DNA of 38,619 bases, from contig JAWLEP010000015.1 of NCBI GenBank assembly GCA_041686025.1, positions 1 to 38,619 of the forward strand, in the 5' to 3' direction. Positions 18,598 to 27,178 of the stretch are shown piece by piece; position 1 is the first letter of the stretch, and the number at the start of each line of letters is the position of its first letter. Below the pieces are notes generated by a model. It saw nothing but the letters and a program-made list of their open reading frames with translations, was not told the DNA's origin and searched no databases. Made by a program: the position numbers and the translations under genes. This DNA comes from Candidatus Fermentibacteraceae bacterium (GTDB taxonomy: Bacteria; Fermentibacterota; Fermentibacteria; Fermentibacterales; JCC-6).

Positions 18598-19067
18598 CCC
18601 TCGAAGCTCTTGCTGATGAATTCCACAGCCTCCTCCGGCCCCCCCACGGCCACCACTCCCGGAATGCCGTCCCAGCCGCCCAGGGAGCAGACGGGCCTGC
18701 CGGCGTCCAGGGCGAAGGCGATCTCGGAGAGGGTGCCGTACCTGCCGCCCACCGCCACCACGGCCCCGCCGGCCAGGGCCACCAGACGGTTCCTGGCCGA
18801 GCCCATTCCGGTGGGAATGCGGACCTTCACCCAGGGGTTGGCCAGAGAGGGGTCTTCCACCGGCAGTATGCCCACCGTGAGTCCGCCGCCCTCCACGGCG
18901 CCCCGGCAGACTGCGGCCATGATGCCCCCCATGCCGCCGCAGGCCACCACGAAGCCCCGGGAGGCCAGCAGACGGCCCAGCTTCCGGGCAGCCGCCGCCT
19001 CCTCCGGCTCCGCGCTGTGGCCGCCGATCACCGAAACCAGCCTGGCGGGGTCCAAGGGCACCTCCAT
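18594..19067 (-). CDS. TIGR00725 family (LOG/SLOG Rossmann-fold) protein
   Basis: CGGMGGIMAAVCRGA, TGMGSARN, GGRYGTLSEIAFAL. True start may be TTG at 19055. Confidence 0.88.
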   Translation of the reverse strand: MEVPLDPARLVSVIGGHSAEPEEAAAARKLGRLLASRGFVVACGGMGGIMAAVCRGAVEGGGLTVGILPVEDPSLANPWVKVRIPTGMGSARNRLVALAGGAVVAVGGRYGTLSEIAFALDAGRPVCSLGGWDGIPGVVAVGGPEEAVEFISKSFEG

Positions 19068-19079
19068 TGCGGACGGCCG

Positions 19080-19104
19080 CCCCCGGGATGGGCGATCCCG
19101 GGGG
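19080..19104 (-). terminator. GC hairpin downstream of tRNA-Pro(CGG) (terminator or processing stem)
   Basis: 10-bp stem CCCCCGGGAT/ATCCCGGGGG with a 5-nt loop; no U-tract. Confidence 0.4.
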
Positions 19105-19119
19105 CTGGCCGAGAATGCA

Positions 19120-19197
<78 letters not shown>

Positions 19198-19207
19198 ACA
19201 GAGGGCA

Positions 19208-19236
19208 AATGTACGAAAATTCCCCGCCCCGTGCAA
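19208..19236 (-). promoter_or_regulatory. Sigma70-type promoter of tRNA-Pro(CGG)
   Basis: Minus strand TTGCAC-N17-TACATT, 10 nt before the tRNA. Confidence 0.7.
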
Positions 19237-19238
19237 TG

Positions 19239-19766
19239 CTAGCCGGCGTGGGCCCCCAGCACGAAATCAATGCCCGCCAGCGTACCGGTCATGATCAGCG
19301 TGACCAGCCCTCCGGCGATGGCCACCCCCAGGGCGATGGCGGGGATGGCCAGCCTCCTGGGTATGCCGAAGAGGAAGGCGGCCAGGCTGCCGGTCCAGGC
19401 CCCCGTAACCGGCAGGGGAATGGCCACGAAAAGGGTCAGGCCCATGGCCTCGTAGCGCTTGACCTTGGGCCCCGCCCTCCTGCGGGTGCGGTCGAAGAGC
19501 CAGTCGAAGAAGCGGTCGAAGACCCGCCAGCGCCGAAGGAACTCGCTCACCGGCTCCAGCAGCCACAGGATGAAGGGGACGGGGATCAGGTTTCCCACCA
19601 CGGCAAGGAGGTAGATCTTCCACCACGGCCATGCGGAGGCGGACTCCATCACCGTGAAGGCCAGGGGAATGCTTCCCCGGAGCTCCGTCAGCGGAATGGC
19701 GGAGAGAAGCAGCATCTTCACCTCCCCGGGAATGCCGGCCAGGGCGCTGAGGATGGTCTCACCCAT
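19239..19766 (-). CDS. Small multidrug export family membrane protein (COG2426)
   Basis: LSAIPLTELRGSIP, VGNLIPVPFI, LFVAIPLPVTGAWTGSLAA. Confidence 0.88.
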   Translation of the reverse strand: MGETILSALAGIPGEVKMLLLSAIPLTELRGSIPLAFTVMESASAWPWWKIYLLAVVGNLIPVPFILWLLEPVSEFLRRWRVFDRFFDWLFDRTRRRAGPKVKRYEAMGLTLFVAIPLPVTGAWTGSLAAFLFGIPRRLAIPAIALGVAIAGGLVTLIMTGTLAGIDFVLGAHAG

Positions 19767-20406
19767 TCCAGCCCTGCCTTCCCACCAGGGGCACGAAGCT
19801 GCAGTCGAAGGGCTCTCCCGTCTCCTGGAGGCCGGAGGCCCTCTTCCTGAGCACCCGCAGCCTCTGACGCTCCCTGTCCCCCACCGGCACCGCCATGAGC
19901 CCGCCCTCCGAGAGGTGCGCGGCCAGCCCGGAGGGAACCTCCGGAGCCCCGGCGCTGACCAGGACCGCGTCGAAGGGGGCTCCCCGGGGGCTGGAATCCG
20001 TGCCGTCGCCGTAGAGTATGGTGACGTTGTGGTAGCCCAGGCCGTCCAGCACCCGGCGGGAGGCGGCCACCAGGGAGAGCTGTCGCTCGATTCCGGTGAC
20101 CCGTGAGCAGACCCTGGAGGCCACCGCCGCCAGGTATCCGCTGCCGGAGCCGATCTCCAGAAACGAGAAGCCCGGCCGCAGCTCCAGTGCCGACAGGCAC
20201 CGCAGCACGGTCATGGGCTGGCTCAGGGTCTGGCCGCAGCCGATGGGGAGGCTGTGGGCTGTGTAGGCCCTGTGCCACAGGCCCCGCTCCACGAAAAGGT
20301 GCCTGGGCACCTCCTCCATGGCGGCCAGGACGGAAGGTCCCGCCCCGGGAAAGGACTCCCGCAGCCCGCGCACCATGCTGGCTCTGGATCTTTCGAAACC
20401 CGGCAT
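19759..20406 (-). CDS. pcm: Protein-L-isoaspartate O-methyltransferase (copy 2)
   Basis: VPRHLFV, LPIGCGQTLSQP, LEIGSGSGYLAA, FDAVLVSAGA, CSFVPLVG. Start taken at ATG 20406 because the longer ORF runs through a tRNA. Confidence 0.93.
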   Translation of the reverse strand: MPGFERSRASMVRGLRESFPGAGPSVLAAMEEVPRHLFVERGLWHRAYTAHSLPIGCGQTLSQPMTVLRCLSALELRPGFSFLEIGSGSGYLAAVASRVCSRVTGIERQLSLVAASRRVLDGLGYHNVTILYGDGTDSSPRGAPFDAVLVSAGAPEVPSGLAAHLSEGGLMAVPVGDRERQRLRVLRKRASGLQETGEPFDCSFVPLVGRQGWNG

Positions 20407-20476
20407 CAGACTCCGTCGGTCAATGGGGCGCCGAGGCGGGGAAAAGGCCTGCCGATGCCCCTTCGCGATATGGAGA

Positions 20477-20553
20477 TGGTCGGGGCGACTGGATTCGAAC
20501 CAGCGACCACTTGAACCCCATTCAAGTGCGCTACCGGACTGCGCCACGCCCCG
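20477..20553 (-). tRNA. tRNA-Pro (GGG)
   Basis: CGGGGCGTGGCGCAGTCCGGTAGCGCACTTGAATGGGGTTCAAGTGGTCGCTGGTTCGAATCCAGTCGCCCCGACCA. Confidence 0.96.
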
Positions 20554-20624
20554 ACCAGAGCCGTATAACTATGCCCTCTGCCCGTCTTCGTCAAGCTCCC
20601 GGAGGGGCCGCTGCCGGAAGGGCC

Positions 20625-21026
20625 TCAGCCCTCGCCGCCCCTGCCCGATGAGTCGGAGCGGCCGTCCATGGGGTCCCGCTCCAGCATGGATATCAGCTCC
20701 CTGAGCTCCTCCACGATCCCGTCCAGCTCGCCGGGGGCCACCGAGGCCCCGCCGTCGAGGTCCAGGTCCATCTGGCCCTCCCCCTCCAGCATGTCCCGCA
20801 GCTTGGCCCTGGCCCCCTCCACGGTGAAGCGCTCCTCGTACAGGAGCCTCTTGATGGCCCGCACCACCTCCAGGTCGTCGGCGTCGTAGACCCGGTTGCC
20901 GGCCTTGTTCTTGGAGGGGGTCAGCATGGGGAAGGCCGTCTCCCAGTAGCGGAGGACGTGGGGCTTCAGCCCCGTCAGGTCGCAAACCTCGCTTATCGAG
21001 TAATAGAGCTTCTCGGAGGACCCCAT
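20625..21026 (-). CDS. MerR family transcriptional regulator
   Basis: KLYYSISEVCDLTGLKPHVLRYWETAFP...GNRVY...IKRLLYEERFTVEGAR; this subtype is usually found next to tRNA-Pro(GGG). Confidence 0.92.
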   Translation of the reverse strand: MGSSEKLYYSISEVCDLTGLKPHVLRYWETAFPMLTPSKNKAGNRVYDADDLEVVRAIKRLLYEERFTVEGARAKLRDMLEGEGQMDLDLDGGASVAPGELDGIVEELRELISMLERDPMDGRSDSSGRGGEG

Positions 21027-21037
21027 CGGCCTCCCTT

Positions 21038-21799
21038 CTACTCCATGCCCAGCATCTTCTTCAGCTTCAGCATGAAGCCGCCGGTCTCGCCCAGGGCCCG
21101 CTTGGCCTCTTCCAGGCCCTCCCGGGCCTCGGCGCTCTCATCGTCCCAGGACAGGGCGTCTATGAAGGCCTGCTTGGCCCTGGTGTACTGGTTGCCCTGC
21201 ATGTACATCCTGCCCAGGAGCATGTGGTTCTCGCTGTTGAAGTACTCCACCTCGCATGCCACCTTCAGGTGGTTGGCCGCCTCGTGGTATCGCCGCTTGC
21301 CGGCCGCCGCCTCGGCCAGCGCCCGCCGCAGGGCGGGCTGCCGCGGGTAGTCGGCCAGGAGCCTCTGCAGTATGTCCGAGGCCTGCCAGAAGTCGCCCTC
21401 CTCGCAGAGCCTGCGGGACTTCCTTATGGCCCGCTTGAGGGTGGTGTCCATCCTCTGGGCCATCCCCGCCTTGGGCTCGGCCTTCGCAGTGGTGGCAGCG
21501 GCCGAGGATGCGGCGGCGGCACCGCCGCCGCCGTCGTCGGTGCGGGAAACGCCTATGGACCTGTCGTACTCCGCCCTGTCCGGGGGAGAGATGAGGGTCT
21601 GGTAGGCCTCGTTGATGAGCATGAAGCGGGTCTGGGCCTCGTGGCCCCCGCCGGCCACGTCCGGGTGCAGCTTCCGGGCCAGGTCGAAGTAGGCCCGCTC
21701 GATCTCCTCGGAGGAGGCGCCGGTGCTCACCCCCAGCACCTTGTAGTAGCTCTGCTCCCTTTCGACCCTCTCTTCGCTCAGCTCGGCGTGCTTGGCCAC
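21038..21799 (-). CDS. J-domain (DnaJ-like) protein with TPR repeats
   Basis: YYKVLGV...LARKLHPDV...INEAYQTL (HPD intact); C-terminal TPR-like helices. Confidence 0.88.
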   Translation of the reverse strand: MAKHAELSEERVEREQSYYKVLGVSTGASSEEIERAYFDLARKLHPDVAGGGHEAQTRFMLINEAYQTLISPPDRAEYDRSIGVSRTDDGGGGAAAASSAAATTAKAEPKAGMAQRMDTTLKRAIRKSRRLCEEGDFWQASDILQRLLADYPRQPALRRALAEAAAGKRRYHEAANHLKVACEVEYFNSENHMLLGRMYMQGNQYTRAKQAFIDALSWDDESAEAREGLEEAKRALGETGGFMLKLKKMLGME

Positions 21800-21807
21800 C
21801 GCTTCAC

Positions 21808-23286
21808 CTACCGCAGCAGGGTGACCCTCTGCTGCCGTACCTGTCCGTCACCTTCGGCAACCAGCATGTACACGCCGCTGGGCAGGCCGTCGGGTACGGC
21901 CCGGTATACGCTAGTCGGGTTTCCGCTGCCCTCCACAGAGCCCAGGTCGGCCGCCCTGCGGCCGGCCATGTCATAAAGCTCCAGGCTCACCGGCTGGCCC
22001 GCAGGTGCGGTGACGCCGAACTGCAGCGCGCCCGCGGGAACGGGATTGGGATGAACGCTGCCCAGGAAGAGCGAGGGCTCTATGGTGTAGCTCTCGGCGC
22101 CCTCGATGCCCACCATGTCCAGGGCGTTCATGCAGATCATGATGTTCATGTAGCGGCACTCCTCGCAGAACTCCTCGATGGCCGTGGTGTCGCTCTGGCC
22201 TCCCCAGAAGCCGCCGTTGTTGATCTCGGGGGTCATGGCTATCACGCTGGGGCTGCCGGCGGAGTCGGAGTAGCAGTAGTCGTTCTGCTCGCCGTTGACC
22301 ACGTAGAGGATCTGGCCGGCGCGGCCGTAGTCGTATTCGTTGTACTGGGTCATCTGGGCCGCCCAGCCCTCGAAGGTGGTCTGGTCGGGGGTGGGTGTGT
22401 TGTTGTAGCCCCAGGGGTAAAGAAGATACCCGCCGTAGGAGTGGTAGTTCATGGCCGCCAGGGGGGCGATGTCGTCGATGTAGTCCATCTGGACCTGGGT
22501 CTCCGGCTCGGATGCGGGTGACTCGCCCCGGTAGGTCTCGTCGTAGGGGTCTCCGCTGGAGCCCACGTCGTCGTAGGCCCACTTGTAGGGCCAGTTGCGG
22601 TTGAGGTCGATGCCGCTGGACGGCACCGGATCGGAGAAGTTCATGTTCTTCCGGTGCATTCCGCCGCCGGGCATGTTCTCCTGGTAGCCGTCGGGGTTGG
22701 AGATGGGCAGGAAGTGCACCTCGGCGTTGTCCAGTATGAAGGTGGCCATGGTGTCGCTTCCGTACTCGTCGGCCAGCCACTGGGCGTAGTCGATCAGAAC
22801 CGAGTTGCCGCTGGGCTCCCGGGCGTGTATCAGGGCGCTGAAGTAGAGGGTGGGCTTGTCGGCGGGCCCCGAGGAGCTGGTCATGGTTATGGTGTAGATG
22901 TCGCGGTTCTCGTAGGACTGACCGATAACCACCGGAGTGTCGGCCAGGTCGGGATGGCTGACGGCCAGGTCGCACCAGAAGCTCCAGTTCTCCTCCAGGT
23001 CGTAGAAGTAGCCGGCGTCGCGGCTGTTCTCCGGAAGCAGCTCGCCCCACTCCCGGGGAAGCACGCGGACGTCGGAGCCGTAGCGGGTGAGGATGCTGGC
23101 GGCGCTCTCGTCTTCCACATAGACGTCTACCCAGCCCTGGCGGATGTTGCCGGCGGTGACGTCGTATCCGTCGGCAAGCAGCCGCAGCGGAGTCTCGGAG
23201 TCTATGCCCGCGATCCGTACCAGCCTGTCGGCGGATGCGGAGACTGCCATGATCAGAAGAAGTGCGATACAGAGGTACTTCGTCAT
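21808..23286 (-). CDS. Secreted M14 zinc carboxypeptidase (carboxypeptidase T-like) with T9SS type-A-like C-terminal domain
   Basis: Signal peptide at ATG 23286 with SD GGAGG; HARE, NPDG, RKN, GIDLNRN, YRGESPASEPET, YHSY; C-terminus PNP...LYDMAGRR...LPSGVYML...RVTLLR. Confidence 0.9.
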   Translation of the reverse strand: MTKYLCIALLLIMAVSASADRLVRIAGIDSETPLRLLADGYDVTAGNIRQGWVDVYVEDESAASILTRYGSDVRVLPREWGELLPENSRDAGYFYDLEENWSFWCDLAVSHPDLADTPVVIGQSYENRDIYTITMTSSSGPADKPTLYFSALIHAREPSGNSVLIDYAQWLADEYGSDTMATFILDNAEVHFLPISNPDGYQENMPGGGMHRKNMNFSDPVPSSGIDLNRNWPYKWAYDDVGSSGDPYDETYRGESPASEPETQVQMDYIDDIAPLAAMNYHSYGGYLLYPWGYNNTPTPDQTTFEGWAAQMTQYNEYDYGRAGQILYVVNGEQNDYCYSDSAGSPSVIAMTPEINNGGFWGGQSDTTAIEEFCEECRYMNIMICMNALDMVGIEGAESYTIEPSLFLGSVHPNPVPAGALQFGVTAPAGQPVSLELYDMAGRRAADLGSVEGSGNPTSVYRAVPDGLPSGVYMLVAEGDGQVRQQRVTLLR

Positions 23287-23309
23287 CGGGTCCTCCCCTT
23301 GCTGCAAGA

Positions 23310-23338
23310 TTGACTTGCGGGTCCTTTGGGTATAGTAT
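23310..23338 (+). promoter_or_regulatory. Putative sigma70-type promoter of rpsT
   Basis: TTGACT-N17-TAGTAT in the AT-rich divergent intergenic region. Confidence 0.55.
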
Positions 23339-23423
23339 TGCCTCTCAATTCGTGAAGCACGGCGGGGGCGCAATAGTTCCCCACCACTAACGTGTGAATC
23401 TATACTGTGAAGGGAGCGGTTGC

Positions 23424-23666
23424 TTGGCAAGGAGCAGACAGTCGCGCAAGAGGCTGAGGACCGACCGCGAGAGGCACCTGCGCAACAAGAGCAGGCTCAG
23501 CCGCATGCGCAGCGCCATCAGAAAGGTCAAGGAGGCCGAGGGCGAGGAGGAGAGGCAGGAGGCCTTCCGCACCGCCCAGGCCCTCATCGACAGTGCCGGC
23601 AGGGATCACCTGATCCATCCCAACAAGGCCCGCAGGCTCAAGAGCAGGCTCAGCCGGTCGCTGTAG
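23424..23666 (+). CDS. rpsT: 30S ribosomal protein S20
   Basis: TTG start after GGGAG; SRKRLRT...RNKSRLSRMRSAIRKV...IHPNKARRLKSRL. Confidence 0.93.
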   Translation: MARSRQSRKRLRTDRERHLRNKSRLSRMRSAIRKVKEAEGEEERQEAFRTAQALIDSAGRDHLIHPNKARRLKSRLSRSL

Positions 23667-23698
23667 ACCCGGGCCCCGGATTCCCCCGGGGCCGGGTC
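23666..23698. terminator. Hairpin between convergent rpsT and cysS
   Basis: GACCCGGGCCCCGG-attccc-CCGGGGCCGGGTC, about 13 bp with one bulge; no U-tracts. Confidence 0.55.
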
Positions 23699-23705
23699 AC
23701 GGCCT

Positions 23706-25142
23706 CTACTCCGCCGGGTCCACCCGGCTTTCGCCCCCCGGAAGGTCGCGGACGCTGAATCCGCCCCCCTCCAGACGCTGTCTCATGCTGTCGGCGGCCC
23801 CGAACATCCGGTTCTTCCGGAGCTCTGCGCGGGCCTCACCCAGCACTTCCAGAAGCAGCTCCATTCCCTCGCCGCCGGCGTCCGCGCCCTCCATCCGCAG
23901 GCCCAGGACGCCTCCGCCCATCCCGTCCAGCGTCCGGGCCAGAAGCGCCCTGTCGCCCTGGGAGGCGCCCTGGTCCAGGGCGGTGTTGGCGTCGCGCACC
24001 AGGTCGAAGAGGGCCGCCAGCGCCCCGGCGGTGTTCAGATCGTCGTCCATGGACTCCGCGAAGTCCCTCTCGAACTCCTCCACCCGCTGACGGAGGTTGT
24101 CCGAGGCAGGCCCGGCTTCTTCCCCGGCCGACCCCAGCCGCCGCCGCAGCGACACCAGCCGCTCGTGGGCGCTGCGGGCAGACTCCAGGGCCTGGTCGGA
24201 GAAGTCCAGGGGGCTGCGGTAGTGGCTGCGCAGTATGTAGAGCCGGACCACGGCCGGCGGAAACCTCTCGAACAGCTCCTTGAGGGTTACGAAGTTGCCC
24301 AGGCTCTTGCCCATCTTGCGGCCGTCCACCGTGACCATGTTGTTGTGAAGCCAGTAGCGGACGAAGGTCTCACCGTTGGCCCCCTCGCTCTGGGCTATCT
24401 CGGACTCGTGGTGGGGGAAGACGTTCTCCAGTCCGCCGCCGTGGATGTCCACCGTGTTTCCCAGGTAGCGCATGGACATGGCCGAGCACTCCAGGTGCCA
24501 GCCGGGGTAGCCCCATCCCCAGGGCGACTTCCAGCGGAGTATGTGGCCCTCCTCGGCACGCTTCCAGAGGGCGAAGTCCCGGGGGTCTCGCTTGTCGGCC
24601 GCGCAGCTTATCCTGGTGCCCGCCTGCATCTGGTCGGGGTCGCGGCCCGACAGCCTGCCGTACTCGGGGAAGCTCTCCACCGAGAAGTAGACGTTGCCGT
24701 CGGCGGCGTAGGCGTGTCCCTTCTCCAGCAGCTTCTCCACCAGCATTATCTGCTCGGGGATGTGGCCCGAGGCCCGGGGCGAGATGTCGGGTCGCAACAC
24801 GTTCAGGGCGTCCATGTCCTGGAAGTAGGACCGGGTGTAGCGCTCGGCCAGCTCCATGGGCTCGACCTTCTCCAGCCGGGCCTGGCGCTCGATCTTGTCC
24901 TCTCCGGAGTCGGCGTTGTCGGTGAGGTGGCCCACGTCTGTGATGTTCTGCACGTAGCGGACCCGGTAGCCCCGGTGGCGGAGCCACCGCAGCAGCACGT
25001 CGAAGCTGACGTAGCTCTTGGCGTGCCCCAGGTGGCTGTCGCCGTACACGGTGGGTCCGCAGACGTAGAGGCCCACCGAAGGCGGCGACAGCGGCTCGAA
25101 CTCCTGCTTCTCCCGGCCCAGGGTGTTGTAGAGCTTCAGCAT
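23706..25142 (-). CDS. cysS: Cysteine--tRNA ligase
   Basis: [54 protein letters not shown]. Confidence 0.98.
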   Translation of the reverse strand: MLKLYNTLGREKQEFEPLSPPSVGLYVCGPTVYGDSHLGHAKSYVSFDVLLRWLRHRGYRVRYVQNITDVGHLTDNADSGEDKIERQARLEKVEPMELAERYTRSYFQDMDALNVLRPDISPRASGHIPEQIMLVEKLLEKGHAYAADGNVYFSVESFPEYGRLSGRDPDQMQAGTRISCAADKRDPRDFALWKRAEEGHILRWKSPWGWGYPGWHLECSAMSMRYLGNTVDIHGGGLENVFPHHESEIAQSEGANGETFVRYWLHNNMVTVDGRKMGKSLGNFVTLKELFERFPPAVVRLYILRSHYRSPLDFSDQALESARSAHERLVSLRRRLGSAGEEAGPASDNLRQRVEEFERDFAESMDDDLNTAGALAALFDLVRDANTALDQGASQGDRALLARTLDGMGGGVLGLRMEGADAGGEGMELLLEVLGEARAELRKNRMFGAADSMRQRLEGGGFSVRDLPGGESRVDPAE

Positions 25143-25143
25143 G

Positions 25144-26151
25144 TCAGCCGCCTCCCCCGAAGTAGTCGATGCCCATGGCCTCCCGAACCATGTCCATGGT
25201 CTCCGCCCCCGCCTCCCGGGCCTGGCGGGTGCCGTCGGCCAGCACGTCGTCCACCTCGCCGGAGGCCTCCAGCTCGGCGCGGCGCTGGCGGATGGGCTCC
25301 AGTATGCCGTTGAGGACCGCCGCCAGGCGCTTCTTGCACGCCACGCAGCCGATGGTCCCGGCGCGGCAGCGCTCGGCTATGTCCTCCACCTCGTCCTCGT
25401 TGAAGGCCCGGTGGTAGGAGAAGACGGTGCAGACCTCGGGATGGCCGGGGTCGTCGCGGTGTATCCGGGCGGTGTCCGTCACCGCCGTGTTTACCTTCCT
25501 GCGAACCGTCTCGGCGTCATCGCGGAGGTAGATGCAGTTGTTCAGGGACTTGGACATCTTGGCGTTGCCGTCCAGGCCCACCAGGCGGGACACCCGGCTC
25601 ACCATGGGGTCGGGCTCGCAGAAGACCGGGCCGTACAGCTCGGTGAAGCGCCTGGCCACGAAGCGCGTCATCTCCACGTGGGGAAGCTGGTCCTCCCCCA
25701 CCGGCACCAGGTCGGCGCGGCAGAAGAGGATGTCCGCCGCCTGGCTCACCGGATACCCCAGGAAACCGTAGGTCATGTTCTCGCCGAAGCCGTACTGGCG
25801 GGCCTCGGTCTTGATGGTGGGATTGTGCCGCAGGCGGCTTACCGTGGTGAACATGGAGAACAGCACCGTGAGCTCGGCGATCTGGGGGACCATGCTCTGG
25901 ACGAACAGCTTCGCCTTCGAGGGGTCGAGGCCGGCGGCCAGGTTGTCCAGCGCCACGTGGCGGACGTTCTCCGCCAGCTCCTGGGGGCTCTCGAAGTGCG
26001 TGCTGAGGGCCTGGATGTCGGCTATGATGATGAATGTGTCGTACCGGTCCTGCAGCCTGACCCGGTTCTGCAGCGAGCCCACGAAGTGGCCAAGATGAAG
26101 CGGTCCCGTGGGTCTGTCTCCGGTGAGTATCCTCTTCCTGGTGGCGTCCAT
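25144..26151 (-). CDS. trpS: Tryptophan--tRNA ligase
   Basis: TGDRPTGPLHLGH, GYPVSQAADIL, VPVGEDQLPH, KMSKS, GCVACK; ATG 26151 has SD GGGAG. Confidence 0.97.
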   Translation of the reverse strand: MDATRKRILTGDRPTGPLHLGHFVGSLQNRVRLQDRYDTFIIIADIQALSTHFESPQELAENVRHVALDNLAAGLDPSKAKLFVQSMVPQIAELTVLFSMFTTVSRLRHNPTIKTEARQYGFGENMTYGFLGYPVSQAADILFCRADLVPVGEDQLPHVEMTRFVARRFTELYGPVFCEPDPMVSRVSRLVGLDGNAKMSKSLNNCIYLRDDAETVRRKVNTAVTDTARIHRDDPGHPEVCTVFSYHRAFNEDEVEDIAERCRAGTIGCVACKKRLAAVLNGILEPIRQRRAELEASGEVDDVLADGTRQAREAGAETMDMVREAMGIDYFGGGG

Positions 26152-26188
26152 TCGCCGCTCCCTGCTCAATTTATGGGTTCGCCGTCGG

Positions 26189-27178
26189 TCATTCGCTCAG
26201 CACCGGCTCGTCGCTGTCCCGGAAGCTCCGGAGGTCGATCTCGCCGGTGCAGTTGTCCGCAATCCGGTATACGTTATCCACCAGCTTCGCCAGCCGGGGG
26301 CAGATCTCCGCGTACTCCTCCAGGTAGCGCAGCGTCCTGGGCAGGTTCTCCAGGTACTTCTTCCTCCCCCGGGCCCTGTACTGGTAGGCGAAGGTCCCGG
26401 CGGCCTTCAGGCTGCGCTGGCAGGCCGCCGCAGCCACCCGGAACATGTTGGAGTCCCCCCGGGCCTGTACGAAGCGGACGGCCCGGTCCCGCCAGGAGGG
26501 ACCTATATCCACGTAGCTGTCGCGGAGGAGGCTCACCAGGTCGTACTCCGGAGGCCCGAACCTGGCGTCCTGCCAGTCCACCATCACCAGCCCCTCCAGC
26601 GTCACCATCAGGTTGGCGCTGTGGTAGTCGCGGTGGCTGAAGGCCCGGGGGCCGCCCTCCAGCATTCCGCACAGTCCCCTCATCTGCAGCTGCAGGGTCT
26701 CCAGCTCCTCCATGGGCACCCGCAGGAGCCTGAAGAAGAGGTGCTCGAGGGTGTGCTCCAGCTCCGCCATGAAGAAGGTGGGCGTGAAGTAGCGTCTGCC
26801 CGCCACCGAGGCCGAGCAGTCACCGTGGGGAAGGGCCGCCTGCATGCGCTCCAGCAGCTCCATGGCCATGTCCATGTGCCTGTTCAGCGCGTCGGGGTCC
26901 AGGTCCAGCATCCTGGTGTCTCCCAGGTCCTCCTGGATGACCCAGCCCCGCTGGGGAAGGCTCTCCACCACCTCGGGGACCGGAAGGCCGGCCCGTTTCA
27001 GCAGGGAGTGTATGTCCAGCCACGGCCACAGGGGCTCCTTGCCGCTGTCCATGGCCACGTAGCTCCGCGCGCCCGCGCGCACGCGATAGAAGCGCCGCCC
27101 GGAGGCGTCGCCGAAGAGCTGCTCGGGGTCCGCCGCTCCCACCGTATCCTCGACCCAGCGCTGCATCTCAGGCCTCAT
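26189..27178 (-). CDS. APH-family phosphotransferase, probable AmgK-like anomeric MurNAc/GlcNAc kinase
   Basis: GDASGRRFYR, QEDLGD, HRDYHSANLM, VDWQDARFGPPEYDLVSLLRD, QRSLKAAGTF; adjacent to a nucleotidyltransferase as in amgK-murU loci. Confidence 0.85.
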   Translation of the reverse strand: MRPEMQRWVEDTVGAADPEQLFGDASGRRFYRVRAGARSYVAMDSGKEPLWPWLDIHSLLKRAGLPVPEVVESLPQRGWVIQEDLGDTRMLDLDPDALNRHMDMAMELLERMQAALPHGDCSASVAGRRYFTPTFFMAELEHTLEHLFFRLLRVPMEELETLQLQMRGLCGMLEGGPRAFSHRDYHSANLMVTLEGLVMVDWQDARFGPPEYDLVSLLRDSYVDIGPSWRDRAVRFVQARGDSNMFRVAAAACQRSLKAAGTFAYQYRARGRKKYLENLPRTLRYLEEYAEICPRLAKLVDNVYRIADNCTGEIDLRSFRDSDEPVLSE

